A stretch of DNA of 64,000 nt, taken from assembly GCF_032062105.1 (NCBI RefSeq), contig NW_026927146.1, forward strand, positions 62,001 through 126,000, read 5' to 3'. The notes below the pieces were generated by a model. That model did not search any database and was not told the DNA's origin. It saw only the letters and a list, made by a program, of their open reading frames with translations. Of the stretch, positions 27,238-37,720 are shown in pieces. The position numbers and the translations under genes are program-made. Source of the DNA: Saccostrea cucullata. Lineage: Eukaryota. Numbering within the stretch: position 1 is the stretch's first letter; each line of letters starts with the position of its first letter.

Positions 27238-29974
27238 AGGTGTATGTAGGAATATAAATAAGATGCCACCTTTGGATTTTTTTAGAATAAAATATATTTT
27301 TCAGTGGGATAGTGATGATTGACAACTAAAAGAAACTTCATATTCACTCTATTTTGGACTGCATTCCATTTTGATTAATATTAAAAATCTGTTAAAACAA
27401 TTAATGAAATACATAAAATGTGAGTTTGTATTTAATTATTTTTTTTTTTTTAGAAAAGATTAATATATAGAATGACAAAAAACCCTTTGAGATAAATTTG
27501 TTTTGTTATATATGTTTCTTTAAATTGTACACGTGTACTTAAGCTTTGATCATAATCCTTGCAGTTGACAACACAACAAAATATGCCTAGAATTTTTATA
27601 AAAATTAAAAAAATTTTCCCGGTAAATTGTTTCAGAAAAGTGTTTAAATCTTTTATAATTAGTTTTTTTTTAAATTTTATCCTTATTCTAACCGCAGCAT
27701 ATAGTTTAAAAGGATACAATATTGGGATAATAATTTATTGAATTTGTGTCTTTTTTTTCCATAATATTTCAAGATAACCAATTTAGAGTAAAATTTTAAC
27801 ATGTTTTTATAGGAGGGTATGATATCAGACAAGGTCACTATATTGCTAGCAAAGAAAAACACATGATTTTAATATACATGTATTAAGTACTCCTGTTCAT
27901 ACACACAAGTAATAGAGCTAACGATATCTTGGGAAAGAATAAACATTTTACCAGTGACCACTTAGTGAAGCCGATGAAGGGATAATTGTCTCAGAGTTTA
28001 AGATTTCAGCATTGGCCATACATAAACAAACTATACGGCTCTGTTTCATCTAAACACATTAATTCTTTGACACACTAGATTATTCCTTTGAGCCTTGTTG
28101 AATGTGTTCTGCTCTGCTCTAAAACCATCAGAATTAACAGTGCTGAGCATCTTGTGAAGCACGGATGATTTTTGGATTGAACTAGGTGAAACACAGCTAT
28201 TGTTCTCTTTATCAAATCAATTAATGTTTGATTTAAAAAAAAGCAAATAAGACACTGACTTGACATATAAAATATACCAGATCTGTCCAAAACTTTAATT
28301 GAACATAGAGTGTACGTCTCTTAATTATCATATTAAAAGATATACCCGGTAATACAAATTAAAAACACTACATAAATATGTATATTTTGCATATTTTTAA
28401 AAAGTATATAGGATACGTTCAGTGGCAAGGGGGGGGGGGGTATTTTTTTAAGGAGCAAATTCTCAATCAAAGTTTCCTGTGTTAGGAAGCCAAAAAAATT
28501 AGTATGGGCACGGACCCCACCCATCCCCACTCCCATCCCCCAAAAAAATAAATAAAGAAATTGAGATAAGTAAATGATGAATAATAAAAAAAATTAACAA
28601 AATACAGTAAAAAATGAGTTTTGCCAACACACTTATGTTGAATTGAGTTACACAAAGTGCTTTTATTCCCTGTGACTTAATTATGTATTTTTATCTTCAT
28701 AACTAATTTCGCTCATAATAATGCAAAATCATCCGTCGATCCCTGGCACTGCTTTTTATACATGTTTTACTTGTATTCAACATAATTAATCTATTTCCTG
28801 CCATGTACAGCATTTGATAACATATAATATATTGGAATTCATAGAAATTCTAATTTTCCCAACTACCGGTAATAATGAAAATTATGACTACTGTACTTAC
28901 TTGATTTGTTTAGGACATTTTAATCATTTCTCTGAAATGTTGCTGCAAGTGGTGTCATGAGGGTATTCGTTTTCTTTTACATTGAAATCCAGGGCATATC
29001 ATTTTGTCTAAAATTAAAGTAAATTTCTCATTTTAATATACTGGTATTTGGAAGTGTCTGACAGCTTATATTTCAGCAGGATTGATCAACTCTGACTAAG
29101 TTATTGATAAAATATTTTAGTTTAGTTTTTATGCAAACAAAGCATACAAAGAATTTTCATAAATTGATAATATTATTATTTGCATATATACCTTGATAAA
29201 TCCTTAACTGTGAAGAACTGCAACATCCTGTTTTATTCAACAATCTTTCGATGTGATAATCATCTTCTGATTTGAAATTGTGAACATTTTGGTAGGGTTG
29301 AGAGATGGATGTGTCCAAGACTGATAACACACCCAAGATTATCAGTGTGCAGTGTTGATTGACATTTCTTCAGTTAGTGGCACCACATGTGTCCATTCAA
29401 ATATGTATGGAAGGGTCGCAGTTGCACATGTGAACAGCTATCATTTAAATGCAACTGTTGTTTGAAGGGGAATTCGAAATTGGAGAAATTAGACATTGAT
29501 ATATCTGTGTGTTATACTGTGTTATACTGTGATAAAGTTATATAATTAGTTTTGGTCAAAAAACTGCGTGATGAAGTAAGTAGAGACATACATGCATGAT
29601 TTTCAAATGTCAATGGATGTTCAACTTATAGAGAATTTACTGGTCAATGCACTGACTTTTCATAAATTAATCTTGGATGAACTATACTAAAAAAGCTAAG
29701 GGTAAGAATACTTTTCCTGAAAGATTTTTTCATTTAATAAATATCATAAAATTTCAATTGCTAAAGAAAATTGTTTATTTTAGTGTAAGAAAGCATAATG
29801 CTTTATACAACAGTTATTTATATCATAATGGGAAATGCAGGGGACCAGGGGAATGGTATAACTTTTTTGATCAATTCCTTGTTGTAGATTTTGTCTCTTG
29901 CACGATTCAAACAGTTGCCCTTTTTTCTCATTTAAAATAAAAATAAACATTTACTCTTTATTCAGCAGATATAC

Positions 29975-30500
29975 ATTCCTATATCCAGAGATATGACCTC
30001 AAAATAAAATGTGATCATGTATACTCCTAAGGAGTGGTACCAACGAGTTTAATGTCTGTAATAATAAGAGACTTTTCACAAAATTGAGTGAAAAATGATT
30101 TCCTAAAATATTAATTGTCAAGAATGACACGTACTTGATCTTGTGATCGAGTTATGACCCCCAAATTAAAAGTGGTCATATATTTCTTAGGAGGACTACA
30201 GATCTAGTGAATTAAATTATTTTTCAAACATTAGAATCTCAAGTTACTAGTACTTAAATATTGAGTAAACAATACTTTTCTTTTTCTAGATCAGTTTGAG
30301 CCTTGTGCTTTCACCTTGTAACCCAAAATCAGTAGGGTCTTTATTCCTTTGGGAGTACCAGTATACTAAGTTTGATGTCTGTAAAGCAAAGGGTTCCCAA
30401 AATTTTAAGCAGACATTATTTTTCTGTGTCAGAATAGTCTCAACCTTGAAATTTGACTTTATGAAATAAACAGGATTATCTACTCTTTTACGTTAGGGAG
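29975..30500. repeat. Degenerate ~160-bp tandem units (satellite/Helentron-like)
   Basis: The motif tgacc.caaaat.aa..g.g.tcat.tactc recurs near 29994, 30154, 30318 and 30455. Confidence 0.45.
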
Positions 30501-30629
30501 TACCTGGGTGTATAGCTTTCTTCAAATCCAATTATACTCTGATTCATGTATAAGTTATATAATAACATTGAATCTCAAGTTACTTAACAACATAACAAAG
30601 TATTCTACATGAATCCATTGTCAACAGTT

Positions 30630-31556
30630 GGAAGAGGAATGTTCCTCCAGTCCAGTGTCAAATTTTGAAATGGGGAGAGGAACGTTCAGTGTATTAAGAT
30701 TCATGGTAGTAGTGTTTTGATAGGAATTGGTAGAGGAATGTTCCTCAAATGTACTGTTTATATACAGTCATGTAGTATGTATTATCAACAGAAATTGACT
30801 GATGAACGTTTGTGATATTGTGTGTTAAAACTTGTAAATACAGTGTCAAGTTGAAAGAGGAACGTTCCTCCAGTGTATATAGTATCAATATTTGAAATTG
30901 GATGAGGAACGTTCCTCAAATATGTTGTGTTTAGACTAGTAAATCCAGTGTCAATAGTTTGAAGAGGAACGTTCCTCCAGTGTACATGGTGTATATAGTA
31001 TCAATATTTGAAATTGGAAGAGGACCGTTCCTCTAATGCCTAATATTTGAAAATTTATGAGATGCCTACGGTAATAAGTAAATTTGAGAGATGAATGTTC
31101 CTCAAATGCCTGATGTGTTCATTCATAAGGTATTATAAAATACACACTGTATGTGCACATCTTTAAGAGAGGAACATTACTCAAATGTCTGGTGATAATA
31201 AATGCATCTTAGTTTAGAGAGGGGAATGTTCCTCAAATGTCTGGTCATAACAAATGCATCAGAAGTACAGAGAGAGGAACGTTCCTCAAATCTCTGGTCA
31301 GAACAAATGCATCTGAAGTTCAGAGAGAGGAACGTTCCTCAAATCTCTGGTCATAACAAATACATCTGAAGTGTAGAAAGAGGAACGTTCCTCAAAAGTC
31401 TGGTCATAACAAATGCATCTGAAGTTCAGAGAGAGGAACGTTCCTCAAATCTCTGGTCATAACAAATACATCTGAAGTGTAGAAAGAGGAACGTTCCTCA
31501 AAAGTCTGGTCATAACAAATGCATCTGAAGTGCAGAAAGAGGAACGTTCCTCAAAT
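30630..31556 (-). repeat. Right subterminal array: ~17 copies of GAGGAACGTTCCTC (outer copies in 53-bp tandem units)
   Basis: Mirror image of the left array, with copies at 31274, 31327, 31380, 31433, 31486, 31539 and others. Confidence 0.92.
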
Positions 31557-32155
31557 ACTTAAAAAAAATCTTCAAAAAGGGAACTTGTGGAGACACATAT
31601 AAGGATTTTAAGACCAAAATGACTTCAGATTGTAAACGTTGGGTGAAAAAAAGGGAATTTTGATTTTCCCTTTTTGTTTTGGATTGTGTTGGAGTATGCA
31701 TACCAAATATGAAGCCTCTATCTCCCACTGTTCAAAAGTTATGGCGAAAGTTCGAAAAAACTATTTTTAGTATAAAGGTCACAGTCAAGGTCACAAGGTC
31801 ATTGACCTTGGTGTCGGTTGAAAGTGCTTAATTTGTAAAGTTTGCATACCAAATATGAAGTCTCTATCTCTCACGGTTTAAAAGTTATGGCGAAGGTTAA
31901 AGTTGACAACAGACAGACAAACAGATAAACAGATAAACAGACAAAGACAGACAAACAGATAGACAGACAAACAGACAAACAGACAGACAGGACAAAAACA
32001 ATATGCACTCCGAATAAATTCGGGCGCATAATAATTGGACTGCACTATCATGTCCGTTTGTTTTAGCAATCGACAGAGGACTGGCTACATTCTTGTTACA
32101 TAAATTATTCATTTCCATAGTTTAGCAAGAGTTTCACATTGCTGTTATGTCCAAT

Positions 32156-35100
32156 TTAAGAACCCGTATGGAGGGGACTGTCCCCTTCGATGTCAGCTAA
32201 ATTGATTTCGGCACCATTGTCAAGTAAAAGATGTACCGTGCTTTCATGTCCATTTTGACAAGCTATATAAAGAGGACTTGTTCCATTCTTGTTACACAAA
32301 TTGATGTCGGCGCCGTTGTTCAGTAACTGTTGTACCGTGCTATCATGTCCTTTTTTGCAAGCTGTATACAGAGGGCTTTCGCCATCTTTGTTGCATAAAT
32401 TGATGTCGGCGCCATTGGTTAGTAACAGTTGTACCGTGCTGTCATGTCCTTTTTGACAAGCTATATAAAGAGGACTGTCGCCATCAATATCACATGAATT
32501 GATATTGGCGTCGTTGTTCAATAGCAACTGAACCGTGCTATCATGTCCATTTTGACAAGCCATATAAAGTGGACCGACTTTATGTTTTATATCGGAATCG
32601 ATGTGTGCACCATGATTTAGTAATAGTTGTACTGTGTTATCATGTCCATTTTGACAAGCTAAACAGAGGAAACCGACTCCATCGTCGCAATATAAATTGA
32701 TATCGGCACCGTTGTCCAGTAACAGTTGTACCGTGCTATCATGTCCATTTTGACAAGCTATATAAAGAGGACTGAATCCATTATTATCACGCGAATTGAT
32801 GTCAGCACCATTATTCAGTAAAAATTGCACCATCCTATCATGTCCATCATGACAAGCTGCAAAAAGAAGTCCGACTTCATTGTTTTTATAGGAGTTGATG
32901 TCGGCGCCATTGTTTATTAACAGTTGTACCGTGCTATAGTGCATATTTTTACAAGCTATATAAAGTGGACTTAATCCCTTGTTATTACGAAAATTGATGT
33001 CAGCACCGTTGTTCAATAACAGTTGTACAATTGTATTATGTCCATTCTGACAAGCTATATAAAGAGGACTAAATCCATGATTATCACATGAATTTATGTC
33101 AGCACCATTATTCAGCAACAATTGTACCGTGCTATCATGTCCATTGTCACAAGCTATGCAGAGGGGACTGACTCCATCGTTGTTACATGAATTGATGTCG
33201 GCACCATTGCTCAATAACAATTGTACATTGCTATCATGTCCACTTTGACAAGGAATAAAGATGGCTGTGTTTCCATCATTGTCACTTAGATTTATGTCGG
33301 CACCATTTTTCAATAAAAGTTGTACCGTGCTATTATGTCCTTTTTGACAAGCTTTAAAAAGAGGACTGAATCCATCATTATCACATGAGTTGATGTCAGC
33401 ACCATTGTTCACTAACAGTTGTAACGTGCTATTATGTCCATTTTGAGAAGCTATATCAAGAGGACTTGCTCCATGTTTTTCACATAAATTGACGTTAGCA
33501 CCGTTGTTCAGTAAAAGCTGCACCATGCTATTATGTCCATTTTGACATGCAATGTAAAGAGGAGTGAGCCCATTGTTGTTACCTAAATTGGTATCGGCAC
33601 CGTTGTTTAGTAGGATTTGTACTGTGCTTGTATGTCCATTGTAACAAGCTGTTAGAAGGGAACTGTCTCCATTCTTATTACAAAAATTGATGTTGACACC
33701 GTTGTTAAGTAAACGCTGCACCATGCTATCATGTCCATTTTGACATGCAATGTAAAGAGGAGCGAGTCCGTCGTTGTTTCCTAAGTTGGTATCGGCACCG
33801 TTGTTAAGTAAGATTTGTACCGTGCTTTCGTGTCCATTGTAACAAGCTGTAAGAAGGGAACTGTCTCCATTCTTATTACAAAAATCGATGTTGGCACCGT
33901 TGTTAAGTAACAGTTGTACCATGCTATTATATCCTTTCTCACAAGCAATATTAAGAGGACCGACTCCATCATTATTACATGAATTGATGTCTGCACCTTC
34001 ATTCAGTAGCAGTTGTACCGTGCTCTCATATCCGTTTTGACAAGCTAGCCACAGTGGAGTAGATCCACTTTTATGGCAAAGACCGATGTCGGCACCGTTC
34101 TTCAGTAGAAGATTTACCGTGCTATCATGTCCATTATGACAAGCTATACAGAGGGGGCTAACCCCATCATTATCACATAAATTGATGTCGGCACCGTTGT
34201 CCAGTAACAATTGTGCCGTACTATCATGACCATTTTGACAAGCTATAAAAAGGGGACTGAATCCATCATTAGAAGACGAATTAATGTCTGCACCGTTTTC
34301 CAGTAACAGCTGTACCGTGCTACTATGACCATTTTGACAAGCGATATGAAGAGGGCTGAATCCATTATTGCTACATAAATTGATGTCGGCACCATGGCTC
34401 AGTAAAAGCTGTGCTGTGCTATTATTTCCATTTCGACAAGCTATATGAAGAGGACGGACTCCATTCTTATTATATGAATTGATATCAACACCGTGGTTCA
34501 ATAAAAGACGCACAGTGCTAGTTTGTCCGTATTCACAAGCTGCAAAGAGGGAATTGAATCCATCGTTGTTGCATAAATTAATGTTGACACCGTGGTTCAG
34601 TAAAAGCTGCACCGTGCTATCTTGTCCATTAAAACAAGCTGCACAGAGGGGGCTGACTCCGTATTTGCTGCTTAAATTTATGTTGACACCATGGCTCAGT
34701 AAAACCTGCACCACGCTATCATGTCCATTATAACAAGCTGCGCAGAGGGGGCTGACTCCATCAGCGTTACATGAATTGATATCGGCACTGTTGTTAAGTA
34801 ACAATTGAACCGTGCTAGCATGTCCTTTTTGACAAGCTATGAAAAGAGGACTGATTCCATCACTATCATATAAACTGACATCAGCACCGCTGTTCAGTAA
34901 TAGTCGTACTGTGCTATCATGGCCATTTTGACAAGCCATATAAAGAGGACTTAATCCTTCCTTATTACATGAATTGATGGCAGCACTCTTGTTCAGTAAC
35001 AGTTGTACCGTGCTATTATGTCCACATTGACAAGCTACGGAAAGAGGACTTAACCCATCCTTGTTTTTGAAATTAATGTCGGCATTGTTGTTTAGCAAAA

Positions 35101-36931
35101 GCTGCACTGTGCTGTAGTGTCCACTTTGACAAGCTACATATAAAGGACTGACTCCAGTCTTGTTACATGGATTGATGTCAGCGCCTTTCTTCAATAACGA
35201 AGCAATAGTTGCGTTACGTCTTTCTCCCTTATTTGTATTCATTCCAGCTTCTTTCAAGTGTTCTTCGTCATTCCAAGCAGCTAATGATAATGGGTTCCAC
35301 AAATATGTTGTTAACTTGTTTACGTCAGCACCAAGTCGTACTAATTCCCCAATTATTAAAAAATTATGAAATGCAGAGGCAGTGTGAACTGGTGAAAATT
35401 TGCCCCAGATTTCCATCATTGCTGATTTTTTATATTCCTCGCTAAGAATATTTAACAGTTTTAAATCACCATTCGCACATATAGCAGAGAATATAGGAAA
35501 TCCTTTCAACTTTGTTTCAGGGATACTATTTAAGAAATATGAAGAAATATCTGTATGACAAAATACGATGAGCCCGACCAAAGGACATATTTTATCTTCT
35601 GCTTCAAGGAAATCAAGCCTTGAAAATGAAGAACCACTGCCCTCAAATGATTTTGAAAATTCCGACCTGTCCAATTCACATTTAATTTTGACAAGAAGCT
35701 TCCCGAATGAATCCACTTTTTCCTTAAAAGATTTTATCACGCGTTTATTTCGTAAGCATGGATTGAGAAGAACATCTACAAAGTGTTCTGTTTGTATGTC
35801 AGTAATAAACCTTTTCACAAGATCACCAATGTATTCTTCAGGCAAGTAAACAGTTAACGGATCTCGATCTTTCTCCTCTTTATTGCCCTCCATTCTCATC
35901 CGACGTCTCAGAAAACCACTGTCTGCGTACTGAATTAATTTTCTTGGACAATCAACACCAAACACCAGAATCGCTATCTCCATTATAAAGTCGTGAAGAA
36001 ATTGGAAAGCATTTCCAACACGTTTGACAAAAGATCCTGTAAGTTCACGTAGAGTACTACGAATAACTGAAATATCTGTGTTTTCTTGTAACTCACACGT
36101 TGCTAAAATGTCTTTATATTTCATCATTGAAATTTCATTTCTTTCAATATCATCGATTTTCAGATTGTTTTTAAAAGAGAAAATCAAGAAAAGAGAGCAG
36201 AATTTTTTCTTGTCTGTTTTCTTCCAAATTTCTATTTCCTGTTTAATAAATCTGTATGGATTTTTGAAGAAATCTACCCCTTTTTCTTTGAAATTTGTCT
36301 CCCTTGAATAAAGCTTACAAAGCAATGGAAAGTAAGCTTCTGTTTTGATTATTTCCGTTACAATGTTTTCTGATATTTCCCGATTTTTTGAATACTGATA
36401 GTAAATCGCTCTTTTCTCTTCAATCGTCAGTCCATTTTCTTTGTTGTCAATTTCTACTGCAGTGGATTCGTCCAAAAGGGTACCCATGATTCTCTTGTCA
36501 TAAAAAACGCATCTTCTACATGATATCAATAGTTTACAATTATTCAAGCAAATCTCAAGCGTTTTCTGAAAAGTTTTCCATGAATGATATGCAATTTCAT
36601 CAAACGATTCCTTACCAAAAGGATCATTGAATACAAATAATGTCCGATTTTCTGAGACTCCAGGTGAACATATCTTTTTAATTTCTTTTACCGTATTCAC
36701 TGGTATGACATTCCACTCATGGTCTTTAAGATAGAGTGCAACATGTTGAATTAATGCAGATTTGCCGGAACCAGAATTTCCAACCACTGTGATAAAATTT
36801 TGACTTTTAAGCTTTTCATTCACCACTTCACTTGCCTTTGTAGGGATGAAGGCAATGTCGTCTTCCCGCCAATTCTCGAGAATGTCTTCCACAATTCTGG
36901 AACGGTCACCAGGGTCGGGTGCAGAAGCCAT
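32156..36931 (-). CDS. STAND-class (nSTAND3-like) P-loop NTPase fused to ~30 ankyrin repeats, 1591 aa, single coding exon
   Basis: Uninterrupted ORF. Walker A GNSGSGKS (36781-36758), Walker B-like LFVFNDPFG (36640-36614), LLISCR sensor strand, YFPLLCKLY and FQFLHDFIME (winged-helix HD motif). These are followed by 30 canonical 33-aa repeats (SPLxxACxxGHxSTVQLLLNNGADIN). A likely 5'-UTR acceptor lies at 36962-36963, with an in-frame stop before the ATG. Confidence 0.93.
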   Translation of the reverse strand: MASAPDPGDRSRIVEDILENWREDDIAFIPTKASEVVNEKLKSQNFITVVGNSGSGKSALIQHVALYLKDHEWNVIPVNTVKEIKKICSPGVSENRTLFVFNDPFGKESFDEIAYHSWKTFQKTLEICLNNCKLLISCRRCVFYDKRIMGTLLDESTAVEIDNKENGLTIEEKRAIYYQYSKNREISENIVTEIIKTEAYFPLLCKLYSRETNFKEKGVDFFKNPYRFIKQEIEIWKKTDKKKFCSLFLIFSFKNNLKIDDIERNEISMMKYKDILATCELQENTDISVIRSTLRELTGSFVKRVGNAFQFLHDFIMEIAILVFGVDCPRKLIQYADSGFLRRRMRMEGNKEEKDRDPLTVYLPEEYIGDLVKRFITDIQTEHFVDVLLNPCLRNKRVIKSFKEKVDSFGKLLVKIKCELDRSEFSKSFEGSGSSFSRLDFLEAEDKICPLVGLIVFCHTDISSYFLNSIPETKLKGFPIFSAICANGDLKLLNILSEEYKKSAMMEIWGKFSPVHTASAFHNFLIIGELVRLGADVNKLTTYLWNPLSLAAWNDEEHLKEAGMNTNKGERRNATIASLLKKGADINPCNKTGVSPLYVACQSGHYSTVQLLLNNNADINFKNKDGLSPLSVACQCGHNSTVQLLLNKSAAINSCNKEGLSPLYMACQNGHDSTVRLLLNSGADVSLYDSDGISPLFIACQKGHASTVQLLLNNSADINSCNADGVSPLCAACYNGHDSVVQVLLSHGVNINLSSKYGVSPLCAACFNGQDSTVQLLLNHGVNINLCNNDGFNSLFAACEYGQTSTVRLLLNHGVDINSYNKNGVRPLHIACRNGNNSTAQLLLSHGADINLCSNNGFSPLHIACQNGHSSTVQLLLENGADINSSSNDGFSPLFIACQNGHDSTAQLLLDNGADINLCDNDGVSPLCIACHNGHDSTVNLLLKNGADIGLCHKSGSTPLWLACQNGYESTVQLLLNEGADINSCNNDGVGPLNIACEKGYNSMVQLLLNNGANIDFCNKNGDSSLLTACYNGHESTVQILLNNGADTNLGNNDGLAPLYIACQNGHDSMVQRLLNNGVNINFCNKNGDSSLLTACYNGHTSTVQILLNNGADTNLGNNNGLTPLYIACQNGHNSMVQLLLNNGANVNLCEKHGASPLDIASQNGHNSTLQLLVNNGADINSCDNDGFSPLFKACQKGHNSTVQLLLKNGADINLSDNDGNTAIFIPCQSGHDSNVQLLLSNGADINSCNNDGVSPLCIACDNGHDSTVQLLLNNGADINSCDNHGFSPLYIACQNGHNTIVQLLLNNGADINFRNNKGLSPLYIACKNMHYSTVQLLINNGADINSYKNNEVGLLFAACHDGHDRMVQFLLNNGADINSRDNNGFSPLYIACQNGHDSTVQLLLDNGADINLYCDDGVGFLCLACQNGHDNTVQLLLNHGAHIDSDIKHKVGPLYMACQNGHDSTVQLLLNNDANINSCDIDGDSPLYIACQKGHDSTVQLLLTNGADINLCNKDGESPLYTACKKGHDSTVQQLLNNGADINLCNKNGTSPLYIACQNGHESTVHLLLDNGAEINLADIEGDSPLHTGS

Positions 36932-37209
36932 TCTTTTGGTTTTTGAAGTTTAATTACCACTCTGAAATTTCAATGCTATAGTTTATCAATTTGATCGGTA
37001 ATTAAAGCCTAACATACGTACTTAAAGAATATTTTTTCATGTGTTGCAAAGGTTTTTGGGGATGTATTCTTCTCAGGTTTTATAGCGAGACGTAACGAAG
37101 TTGGGAGACCGTTAATTCTCTTTTTTTAAGATTGTGCAACTTGAAAGGAGATGGTACACATGGGTTCAAATTCTAGCAGGGACGTCATGAATACATTTAT
37201 TTCTATTTT

Positions 37210-37720
37210 GTCTGTTTATCCTCAAAAACGTTAACTTTGTCCAAAACATTTAAGTGAGGCTATGGCTTTCATATTTCACAGGTGTATTTCTCGTGACAAG
37301 ACTTTTCTTTTGATACCATTGACCTTTTGACCTTCATTTTAGAGTATGGCCCACTTTAAGATAAAAAACAATATTGACAATAATTTTTGAACAATTATTA
37401 CTAAGGCTTTCATTTTTCACAGGTATATTCCTTGTGACAGGATCTTTCATTGGATACCAAAACGTTTGACCTTTTGACCTTGACCGTAGATTTTTACCAC
37501 TCAAAAACTTTAATCTTTAAAAATTTAACATTTTGAACCGTTAGTACTACATCATCCATATTCCAAATGTGTAATTTCTTATGAGGAGAACTTTCGTTTC
37601 AGTGTATGCCAGCTATTTCGACTTTTTGAACTTGACCTTCGAGTTTAACCTGCAGTTGTGAAATTTCAGACATGCCATAAGCTGCCATTCGGTGGCATCT
37701 GTGTTTCACAAAAGTATCCT
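37210..37720 (-). repeat. Helentron/satellite-type tandem monomers
   Basis: Three related units (ggctttcatatttcacagg...gtgacaagac...gatacca...gaccttttgaccttg) ending with ggcatctgtgtttcacaaa. Confidence 0.6.

Larger units (their letters stand above)
24300..29505. pseudogene. Decayed exon-like cargo inside the foldback element (several segments, both strands)
   Basis: Segments at ~24300-24665(-), ~25437-25700(+), ~26188-26460(+), ~27950-28265(-), 28901-29007(-; clean TTTTAG/GTAAGT borders) and ~29192-29505(-) read as protein-like frames broken by sparse TGA/TAA/TAG stops. No family was recognised. Confidence 0.4.
22998..31689. mobile_element. 8.7-kb foldback-like DNA transposon with long repeat-containing TIRs, non-autonomous/decayed
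   Basis: The termini acacaatccaaaacaaaaagggaaaatc... and ...ttttgttttggattgtgt are nearly identical inverted copies. Inverted homology extends ~22998-23750 vs ~31020-31689. TSD is tggagta (22991-22997, 31690-31696), or ggagt if the termini are one base longer. Confidence 0.92.
22722..32032 (+). mobile_element. Helentron-type non-autonomous element (HINE/pearl-like; ~146-bp core repeats plus ACAG microsatellite), split by the 8.7-kb insertion
   Basis: Left arm 22722-22997 starts aaccaagatgtgtttgtgaaacac. Right arm 31690-32032 has monomers 146 bp apart, an (ACAG/ACAA)n tract at ~31908-31990 and a 3' hairpin ccgaataaattcgg. An uninterrupted short copy lies at 39223-39521. Confidence 0.8.

Noticed and set aside
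34479-36311. Plus-strand ORFs overlapping the STAND-ankyrin gene
   Set aside because: These are antisense shadows of the long coding exon with no independent features.
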